DNA of 64,000 nucleotides from Escherichia coli (GTDB lineage Bacteria; Pseudomonadota; Gammaproteobacteria; Enterobacterales; Enterobacteriaceae): NCBI RefSeq assembly GCF_003790525.1, contig NZ_CP033635.1; one strand, 5' to 3'. Shown piece by piece: positions 54,761 to 64,000 of this stretch (position 1 is its first letter; each line of letters starts with the position of its first letter). The notes under the pieces were generated by a model. It saw only the letters and a program-made list of their open reading frames with translations, ran no database searches and was not told where the DNA came from. The position numbers and the translations under genes were made by a program.

Positions 54761-56059
54761 TTAATGTTGCGGTGCGGGATCGTTATGTGATTCCTGCGCC
54801 ACCTCAATCGCCGGTTTGTTCTGCAATACCGTCCAGATAACCAGTGCCCCCAGTAGGTCGAATACCGCAAGTACTGCGAACAGCGGGCTAAAGCCGATGG
54901 TGTCAGCCAGTGCACCAACCACCAGAGCAAAGAGCGTACTTGCCAGCCATGCGGACATCCCGGTTAAACCGTTCGCCGTCGCCACTTCGTTACGACCGAA
55001 CACGTCAGAAGAGAGCGTAATCAGTGCGCCAGACAGTGCCTGGTGAGCAAAACCACCGATACACAGCAGCATAATCGCGACATACGGGTTGGTGAACAGA
55101 CCGATCATACCCGGGCCAATCATCAGCACAGCACCCAGCGTTACGACCATCTTACGGGAAACGATCAGGTTCACACCAAACCAACGCTGGAACAGCGGCG
55201 GCAGGTAACCACCGAGGATACAACCGAGGTCAGCAAACAGCATCGGCATCCAGGCAAACATCGCGATCTCTTTCAGGTTAAAGCCGTAAACTTTAAACAT
55301 GAACAGCGGGATCCACGCGTTAAAAGTACCCCATGCCGGTTCTGCCAGGAAGCGCGGCAGCGCGATACCCCAGAACTGACGGTTGCGCAGGATCTGACCA
55401 ACGGACATTTTCTTCGCTGTGTCAACCTGGTGCTGGGCTTCCTGACCATTAATAATGTAGTCGCGTTCTTCATCGGTCAGATGTTTCTGGTCGCGCGGAT
55501 GCTTGTAGAAAATCAGCCATGCCATCGCCCAGATAAAGCTCAACGCACCGGAGATGATAAATGCCATCTGCCAGCTGTGCATCACGATTGCCCATACCAC
55601 CAGCGGCGGCGCAATCATCGCACCAATCGAAGAACCTACGTTAAAGTAACCTACCGCGATGGAACGCTCTTTCGCCGGGAACCATTCGGAGCTGGCTTTC
55701 AGACCCGCCGGAATCATCGCGGCTTCCGCGGCACCGACCGCACCACGAGCAACCGCCAGGCCACCCCAACTACCTGCCAGCGCGGTTGCACCACAGAACA
55801 CGGCCCACAGTACAGCAAACATTGCATAACCGATTTTCGTACCCAGCACATCCAGTACATAACCCGCTACCGGTTGCATGACCGTATAAGCAGCAGAATA
55901 CGCTGCGATGATATAGGAATACTGTTGGGTGGAGATGTTTAACTCTTCCATCAGAGTTGGCGCAGCTGCCGCCACAGTGTTACGCGTCAGGTAACCAAGC
56001 ACGGTGCCGAGCGTCACCAGTGCGATCATATACCAACGTAACCCTTTAATTTTACGCAT
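54761..56059 (-). CDS. exuT: Hexuronate (glucuronate/galacturonate) transporter ExuT (MFS, 432 aa)
   Basis: ORF 54761-56179 trimmed to MRKIKGLRWYMIALVTLGTVLGYL. Confidence 0.92.
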   Translation of the reverse strand: MRKIKGLRWYMIALVTLGTVLGYLTRNTVAAAAPTLMEELNISTQQYSYIIAAYSAAYTVMQPVAGYVLDVLGTKIGYAMFAVLWAVFCGATALAGSWGGLAVARGAVGAAEAAMIPAGLKASSEWFPAKERSIAVGYFNVGSSIGAMIAPPLVVWAIVMHSWQMAFIISGALSFIWAMAWLIFYKHPRDQKHLTDEERDYIINGQEAQHQVDTAKKMSVGQILRNRQFWGIALPRFLAEPAWGTFNAWIPLFMFKVYGFNLKEIAMFAWMPMLFADLGCILGGYLPPLFQRWFGVNLIVSRKMVVTLGAVLMIGPGMIGLFTNPYVAIMLLCIGGFAHQALSGALITLSSDVFGRNEVATANGLTGMSAWLASTLFALVVGALADTIGFSPLFAVLAVFDLLGALVIWTVLQNKPAIEVAQESHNDPAPQH

Positions 56060-57954
<1,895 letters not shown>

Positions 57955-57968
57955 GGTCTGGGGTTGAT

Positions 57969-59456
57969 ATGCAATACATCAAGATCCATGCGCTGGATAA
58001 CGTCGCGGTTGCTTTAGCGGATTTGGCTGAAGGCACAGAAGTCAGTGTCGATAACCAGACTGTTACGCTGCGCCAGGATGTTGCTCGTGGACATAAATTT
58101 GCGTTAACGGATATCGCAAAAGGGGCCAACGTCATTAAATATGGCCTGCCGATTGGTTATGCATTGGCGGATATTGCTGCGGGGGAACACGTTCACGCCC
58201 ACAATACGCGCACGAATCTGAGCGATCTGGATCAGTATCGCTATCAACCTGATTTTCAGGATCTGCCTGCGCAAGCGGCAGATCGTGAAGTGCAGATCTA
58301 TCGTCGCGCGAACGGCGATGTCGGGGTGCGTAATGAGCTGTGGATCCTGCCAACCGTGGGTTGTGTTAACGGCATCGCGCGGCAGATCCAGAACCGTTTC
58401 CTGAAAGAGACCAACAACGCTGAAGGTACCGACGGCGTGTTCCTCTTCAGCCACACCTACGGCTGCTCACAACTGGGCGACGATCACATCAATACTCGCA
58501 CCATGCTGCAAAACATGGTGCGCCACCCGAACGCGGGCGCAGTGCTGGTGATTGGTCTGGGCTGTGAAAACAACCAGGTTGCCGCATTCCGTGAAACGTT
58601 GGGCGATATCGATCCTGAACGCGTTCATTTCATGATCTGCCAACAGCAGGATGATGAAATCGAGGCCGGGATCGCGCATTTGCATCAGCTGTATAACGTG
58701 ATGCGCAACGATAAACGCGAGCCAGGCAAACTCAGCGAACTGAAGTTTGGTCTGGAGTGCGGTGGTTCTGACGGTCTTTCTGGTATTACTGCTAACCCGA
58801 TGCTGGGGCGTTTCTCTGACTACGTGATTGCTAACGGTGGTACTACCGTACTGACCGAAGTGCCGGAGATGTTTGGCGCAGAGCAGTTGCTGATGGACCA
58901 TTGCCGCGACGAAGCAACGTTTGAAAAACTGGTCACCATGGTCAACGACTTCAAACAGTACTTTATTGCCCATGACCAGCCGATCTACGAAAACCCATCA
59001 CCGGGGAACAAAGCGGGCGGTATCACCACGCTGGAAGACAAATCACTTGGCTGTACCCAGAAAGCGGGTTCCAGTGTCGTGGTTGACGTGCTGCGTTACG
59101 GCGAGCGTCTGAAAACGCCGGGGCTGAACTTGTTAAGTGCGCCGGGTAACGATGCCGTAGCGACCAGCGCCCTGGCGGGTGCGGGCTGCCATATGGTGCT
59201 GTTCAGTACTGGTCGTGGTACGCCGTATGGTGGATTTGTGCCGACGGTGAAAATCGCCACCAACAGTGAACTGGCGGCGAAGAAAAAACACTGGATCGAC
59301 TTTGACGCGGGTCAGCTGATCCACGGTAAAGCGATGCCGCAGTTGCTGGAAGAATTTATCGATACCATCGTTGAGTTTGCCAACGGTAAGCAAACCTGCA
59401 ACGAGCGTAACGACTTCCGTGAACTGGCGATCTTTAAAAGCGGCGTAACGCTATAA
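57969..59456 (+). CDS. uxaA: Altronate dehydratase UxaA (495 aa)
   Basis: MQYIKIHALDNVAVALADLAEGTEV... SAF-domain N-terminus; paralogue of GarD. Confidence 0.93.
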   Translation: MQYIKIHALDNVAVALADLAEGTEVSVDNQTVTLRQDVARGHKFALTDIAKGANVIKYGLPIGYALADIAAGEHVHAHNTRTNLSDLDQYRYQPDFQDLPAQAADREVQIYRRANGDVGVRNELWILPTVGCVNGIARQIQNRFLKETNNAEGTDGVFLFSHTYGCSQLGDDHINTRTMLQNMVRHPNAGAVLVIGLGCENNQVAAFRETLGDIDPERVHFMICQQQDDEIEAGIAHLHQLYNVMRNDKREPGKLSELKFGLECGGSDGLSGITANPMLGRFSDYVIANGGTTVLTEVPEMFGAEQLLMDHCRDEATFEKLVTMVNDFKQYFIAHDQPIYENPSPGNKAGGITTLEDKSLGCTQKAGSSVVVDVLRYGERLKTPGLNLLSAPGNDAVATSALAGAGCHMVLFSTGRGTPYGGFVPTVKIATNSELAAKKKHWIDFDAGQLIHGKAMPQLLEEFIDTIVEFANGKQTCNERNDFRELAIFKSGVTL

Positions 59457-59477
59457 AGTCGAAATGAGTTGTTAATA

Positions 59478-59512
59478 AAAAACGGCGTTTCATAATGTGA
59501 AGCGCCGTTTGC
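59478..59512 (+). terminator. Rho-independent terminator downstream of uxaA
   Basis: aaaaacggcgtttcataatgtgaagcgccgtttgctttt. Confidence 0.75.
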
Positions 59513-59538
59513 TTTTCCATACCTGCTAAGGATTTATC

Positions 59539-60090
59539 ATGACCGCGTATTGGCTGGCCCAGGGCGTGGGTGTCATCGCCTTTCTGATTGGTATCACAAC
59601 ATTTTTCAATCGTGACGAACGTCGCTTCAAAAAGCAGCTTTCGGTCTATAGCGCCGTTATTGGCGTACATTTTTTTCTTCTGGGCACCTATCCTGCCGGT
59701 GCCAGTGCCATCCTTAATGCCATTCGTACATTGATTACCTTACGCACGCGCAGCTTATGGGTAATGGCGATTTTTATTGTGCTGACTGGCGGAATTGGCC
59801 TCGCGAAGTTCCATCATCCTGTCGAACTACTGCCGGTAATCGGCACGATTGTCAGTACCTGGGCGCTGTTCCGCTGTAAAGGGCTGACCATGCGCTGCGT
59901 AATGTGGTTTTCAACGTGTTGCTGGGTGATTCACAACTTCTGGGCGGGGTCGATAGGCGGCACGATGATTGAGGGGAGTTTTCTGCTCATGAATGGCCTG
60001 AATATCATTCGTTTCTGGCGGATGCAGAAAAGGGGAATTGATCCGTTTAAAGTGGAGAAAACCCCTTCCGCCGTAGACGAAAGGGGCTAA
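59539..60090 (+). CDS. ygjV: Inner-membrane protein YgjV (183 aa)
   Basis: MTAYWLAQGVGVIAFLIGITTFFNRDERR... multi-TM. Confidence 0.88.
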   Translation: MTAYWLAQGVGVIAFLIGITTFFNRDERRFKKQLSVYSAVIGVHFFLLGTYPAGASAILNAIRTLITLRTRSLWVMAIFIVLTGGIGLAKFHHPVELLPVIGTIVSTWALFRCKGLTMRCVMWFSTCCWVIHNFWAGSIGGTMIEGSFLLMNGLNIIRFWRMQKRGIDPFKVEKTPSAVDERG

Positions 60091-60093
60091 GTA

Positions 60094-61338
60094 TTAGTTA
60101 CGCAGGGCGCTATTTGCCAGACGATCGTCTTCCGCCTGGCAAGCTGCCGCAGTGAACAGCACGTCAGTTGAAGAGTTCAGCGCGGTTTCGCAAGAGTCCT
60201 GCAATACGCCGATGATAAAGCCGACGGCAACCACCTGCATGGCGATATCGTTCGAAATACCGAACATATTACAGGCCAGTGGGATCAGCAGCAGAGACCC
60301 CCCCGCCACGCCGGATGCGCCACAGGCACACAGAGAAGCCACTACGCTTAACAGCAGCGCTGTGGGCAGATCCACCGGAATACCCAGCGTATTAACCGCA
60401 GCCAGCGTCAACACGGTAATGGTGATTGCTGCGCCCGCCATATTGATGGTGGCTCCCAGCGGAATAGAAACGGAATAGGTATCGCGATCCAGATTCAGCT
60501 TTTCACACAGCGCCATATTCACCGGAATGTTCGCTGCAGAGCTGCGGGTGAAGAAGGCATACACGCCGCTTTCGCGCAGGCACAGCAGCACCAGCGGGAA
60601 CGGGTTACGACGAATCTTCCACCACACCAGCAAGGGGTTAACCACCAGCGCCACCAGCAGCATACAGCCAACCAGCACGACCAGCAGTTGCGCGTAGCCC
60701 CACAGTGTGGAGAAACCGGTGGTTGCCAGGGTAGAAGAAACCAGACCAAAAATACCGATCGGTGCGAAGCGAATGACCAGTTTCACCATAAAGGTGACGG
60801 CATTCGACATATCGTTGACCAGGTTTTTGGTGGTCTCGTTACCGTGACGCAGTGCGAAACCGAGGCCAATTGCCCACACCAGGATCCCGATATAGTTACC
60901 TTTCAGCAGCGCGTCAATGGGGTTGGAAACCATGCTCATTACCAGCCCGCGCATTACTTCTACAATGCCTGACGGCGGCGAAATATCACCCGCGCTACTG
61001 GACAAGTGCAGGGTAGAAGGGAAGGCAAAACTGAAGATTACTGCGGCCAGAGCAGCAGAGAAGGTGCCCAGCAGATAGAGGAACAAAATAGGGCGGATAT
61101 TGGTTTTCTGCCCGTGCTGGTGGTTAGCAATAGATGCCATTACCAGCATCAACACCAGGATGGGGGCAACGGCTTTCAGTGCGCCGACGAACAAAGTACC
61201 TAACAGACCAACAGCTTCCGCCGCGGGTTTTGAGATCCATGCCAGAAGAATCCCCAGAACAAGGCCGACCAGGATTTGTTTTACCAGGCTGCCATGAGCC
61301 AGACGCCGGAATAGCCCCGGTGAACGTTGCGTAGTCAT
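60094..61338 (-). CDS. sstT: Serine/threonine:Na+ symporter SstT (DAACS family, 414 aa)
   Basis: [34 protein letters not shown]... Confidence 0.93.
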   Translation of the reverse strand: MTTQRSPGLFRRLAHGSLVKQILVGLVLGILLAWISKPAAEAVGLLGTLFVGALKAVAPILVLMLVMASIANHQHGQKTNIRPILFLYLLGTFSAALAAVIFSFAFPSTLHLSSSAGDISPPSGIVEVMRGLVMSMVSNPIDALLKGNYIGILVWAIGLGFALRHGNETTKNLVNDMSNAVTFMVKLVIRFAPIGIFGLVSSTLATTGFSTLWGYAQLLVVLVGCMLLVALVVNPLLVWWKIRRNPFPLVLLCLRESGVYAFFTRSSAANIPVNMALCEKLNLDRDTYSVSIPLGATINMAGAAITITVLTLAAVNTLGIPVDLPTALLLSVVASLCACGASGVAGGSLLLIPLACNMFGISNDIAMQVVAVGFIIGVLQDSCETALNSSTDVLFTAAACQAEDDRLANSALRN

Positions 61339-61661
61339 TTTTCGATCCTTTCATTGTGTTGTCGCACATCCCTGGTGCGTTCTGTCGACGCATCTTTCAG
61401 GATGTAACAAAGTGTTTGCAAGGTCGAGTATAAGGAAAGTTACAGCTTCGGGAAGCGAAAAATGCTGGATTTTAAAGAGAGGTCATATTTTGCAACTTAA
61501 TGGTTACATTTGTTTGACATAAAAATAAAGCCCAACGTGCAGCTTCCAGACTGATGACAACGTCAAAAAAGTACTCGGTCAGTCCCCTCGCCCCTTTTGG
61601 GGAGAGGGAGAAAACGGTGCTCATGTTGATGACAGGGTACACGGCGTGGGCAGATTAAAAA

Positions 61662-62627
61662 TCATCCAACCCGCTGCTTATCATGCCGATAATTCACCCA
61701 GGCGTTGATAATAAACGTCATCACCAGAATGCCAAACACCACGCCCAGCGAGACGGCGATCGGAATATGGTAGAAGTCGACAATCAGCATCTTGATACCG
61801 ATAAACACCAGAATCACCGCCAGACCATATTTGAGCATCGAGAAACGCTCTGCCACACCTGCCAGCAGGAAATACATCGCACGCAGGCCGAGGATCGCAA
61901 ACAGGTTTGAGGTCAGCACAATAAACGGATCGGTGGTCACGGCGAAGATAGCCGGAATACTATCCACGGCGAAAATCACGTCGCTCAACTCCACCAGAAT
62001 CAGCACCAGCATCAGCGGCGTGGCATACAACAAACCATTCTTACGCACAAAGAAATGCTCGTTGTCGATGGTGTCGGTCATGCGTAAATGACCGCGTAGC
62101 CAGCGCACCAGCGGCTTGTCGCCAATGCCTGATTCATCTTCATGGGCGAGCGCCATCTTCACGCCGGTAAACAGCAGGAAGGCACCGAAGATATACAAGA
62201 TCCAGTCGAACTGTGAAATCAGCCAGCTACCAGTGAAGATCATGATGGTACGCAGAACAATCGCCCCGAGCACGCCATACACCAGCACGCGACGTTGTAA
62301 TGCCGCCGGAACAGAGAAATAGCTGAACAACATCAGCCAGACAAAGACGTTATCGACCGCCAGCGATTTCTCAATCAGATAACCGGTGAGGAAGGCCAGT
62401 GCCTGTGGATCGGCAACGGCGCGACCTTCGGTTTGCACCAGATACCACCAGAAAGCGGCGTTAAACAGTAACGACAGCGTCACCCAGACCAGCGACCAGG
62501 CCGCAGCCTGTTTCATGGTCATGGCATGTGCCCCACGACGCCCCTGCAACAACAGGTCGATAGCCAGCATAATGGTGACAACAACAGCGAATCCGCCCCA
62601 TAGCAACGGCGTGCCGACAGTATTCAT
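61662..62627 (-). CDS. alx: TerC-family membrane protein Alx (putative Mn2+ exporter, 321 aa)
   Basis: [36 protein letters not shown]... Confidence 0.92.
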   Translation of the reverse strand: MNTVGTPLLWGGFAVVVTIMLAIDLLLQGRRGAHAMTMKQAAAWSLVWVTLSLLFNAAFWWYLVQTEGRAVADPQALAFLTGYLIEKSLAVDNVFVWLMLFSYFSVPAALQRRVLVYGVLGAIVLRTIMIFTGSWLISQFDWILYIFGAFLLFTGVKMALAHEDESGIGDKPLVRWLRGHLRMTDTIDNEHFFVRKNGLLYATPLMLVLILVELSDVIFAVDSIPAIFAVTTDPFIVLTSNLFAILGLRAMYFLLAGVAERFSMLKYGLAVILVFIGIKMLIVDFYHIPIAVSLGVVFGILVMTFIINAWVNYRHDKQRVG

Positions 62628-62890
62628 AGAAGTTCCTTACACATAAAAAAACGGCCAACGTCGGAAGACGTCAGCCGCTGCTTTTTATGCATAGACCTCG
62701 CCTTCCGGCAAGGTCTCACTTACAACAAAAAAGGAATACGTCTGCGTATTCCTTTCGGGTTGCCCGGTGACCGGATGTGGTTTTTCACACATCGTAATGA
62801 CGATCGACCGGCAATGAAGTTACTCCCCTTTGCAGGTAACAAAGTATGACAGACCATTCAGTCAGTCAATGGTCTGTTACATACCTTTTA
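62628..62890 (-). ncRNA. sraF: alx 5' leader: yybP-ykoY-type (Mn2+/pH-responsive) riboswitch region, corresponding to sRNA SraF
   Basis: Minus-strand leader contains CCUGCAAAGGGGAGUAAC, the hairpin GAUGUGUGAAAAACCACAUC and an intrinsic terminator-like hairpin GGAAUACGCAGACGUAUUCCUUUUUU before the alx start; element boundaries approximate. Confidence 0.6.
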
Positions 62891-62910
62891 CACTGTTTTA
62901 CTTTGGCAAT

Positions 62911-63897
62911 TTATAGTTTTACGCTATCTGCCGGAAAAATCACCCTAGTCTGGCGGCGGATCTCGGTCAGCAGTTTGGCGGTGATGCGACTGACCGCCAG
63001 CCCTGGATGATCCACCAGATGCTCATCCACCAGGGTAGCGAACAGCTCTGCTTCGTAGAGCATGGTATTAATATGCTGCGGTTGGGTGAGATCCTGCATC
63101 TGGCTGCCACGCGGAACAAAGCAAACTTTCTGGCATTCAGACAGTTTTTCAATCACCAGCGATCCCGCTTCGCCCTGAATCTCGCTTGCCAGGACAGAAT
63201 CGCTCACTTTTGAGTGCTGCAACGTAACGCTGAAATCACCGTAATCCATCACCACCACGCCGTGGGCATCCACACCGCTTGCCAGCAAACTGGCGGTTGC
63301 CTGCACGCTTTTCGGTTCACCGAATAATGCCACCGCCGACGCCAGGCAGTAAAAGCCGATATCCATAATTGAACCGTTAGAGAATGCCGGATTAAAGGTG
63401 TTGGGATTCTCACCATCCAGGTAACGTTGATACCGCGAGGAATACTGGCAATAGTTGAAAAAGACTTTACGCAGTTTGCCGACTTTCGGCAGCGCCTGGC
63501 GCAACAGATGAAAGTTCGGCAGGCTGGCGGTTTTAAATGCCTCAAACAGCACCACCTGATTTTCCCGCGCACAGGCAATGGCGGCATCCACTTCCGCCAG
63601 ATTCGACGCCAGTGGCTTCTCGCAAATCACATGAATTTTGTGACTAAGGAAAAGTTGTGTCTGGGAAAAGTGCAGGGAATTCGGGCTGGCAATATACACC
63701 GCGTCAATGGCATCGCTTTCTGCCATCGCTTCCAGCGACGTAAACAGATGCTCGACAGAAAAATCATTGGCGAAGTGCTGGGCCTGTTCAAGACTGCGGG
63801 AATAAACGGCGGTTAACTTGTATTTACCGCTCTCATGGGCGGCCTCGACGAACTGGCGAGTGATCCAGTTCGTACCAATCACAGCGAAACGTATCAT
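62911..63897 (-). CDS. ygjR: Gfo/Idh/MocA-family NAD(P)-dependent oxidoreductase YgjR (328 aa)
   Basis: ORF 62911-63915 trimmed to MIRFAVIGTNWITRQFVEAAHESGKYKLTAVYSRS (Rossmann fold). Confidence 0.88.
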   Translation of the reverse strand: MIRFAVIGTNWITRQFVEAAHESGKYKLTAVYSRSLEQAQHFANDFSVEHLFTSLEAMAESDAIDAVYIASPNSLHFSQTQLFLSHKIHVICEKPLASNLAEVDAAIACARENQVVLFEAFKTASLPNFHLLRQALPKVGKLRKVFFNYCQYSSRYQRYLDGENPNTFNPAFSNGSIMDIGFYCLASAVALFGEPKSVQATASLLASGVDAHGVVVMDYGDFSVTLQHSKVSDSVLASEIQGEAGSLVIEKLSECQKVCFVPRGSQMQDLTQPQHINTMLYEAELFATLVDEHLVDHPGLAVSRITAKLLTEIRRQTRVIFPADSVKL

Positions 63898-64000
63898 AAC
63901 GCGTGGATACTCCATAAAGGGATTCTCTCGTCACTGTAGCACGCCTTTTTTATCTTCGACGTGCGCAGATACGCATTATTCTTTTGCCGGACAGCCATGC

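Noticed and set aside
55043-55942. 299-aa plus-strand ORF
   Set aside because: Lies entirely antisense to exuT; translation is low-complexity and rich in R, H, Q and T with no recognisable domain. Typical shadow ORF of a GC-rich gene.
61339-61661. Possible sRNA or small ORF in the sstT-alx intergenic region
   Set aside because: Only a weak imperfect hairpin (cccctcgcccc...ggggagaggg) consistent with an alx terminator; no convincing promoter-plus-terminator unit or conserved ORF visible by eye.

Overview
This window is an Escherichia coli chromosomal segment, colinear (in reverse orientation) with the K-12 yhbO to ygjR region, and almost every gene is a recognisable core gene. Left to right: yhbO (partial), yraR, yraQ, dolP, diaA, yraN, lpoA, rsmI; a complete aga/kba N-acetylgalactosamine/galactosamine locus with agaR; the prlF-yhaV toxin-antitoxin pair; the gar galactarate genes; rnpB (RNase P RNA) with 3' tandem repeats; the AT-rich yhaC-yhaB pair; tdcR and tdcABCDEFG; cyuP-cyuA; yhaL/K/J/I/H; yqjG/F/K/E/D/C, mzrA, yqjA; exuR; exuT; uxaC-uxaA; ygjV; sstT; alx with its riboswitch leader; ygjR. 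The main candidate for a novel system is a four-gene AT-rich operon (49573-54685) sitting between exuR and exuT, which are adjacent in K-12 as I recall it. Its gene order and sizes match an alternate chaperone-usher (class 5, CS1/CFA-I-like) fimbrial operon: chaperone, major pilin, usher, tip adhesin. Two other differences from K-12 as I remember it: agaW-agaE-agaF-agaA are intact, and the yraHIJK fimbrial operon is missing between rsmI and agaI. No CRISPR array, IS element or prophage was recognised. All calls rest on reading the ORF translations and the sequence by eye; no searches or computations were run, and gene identities and K-12 comparisons are from memory.
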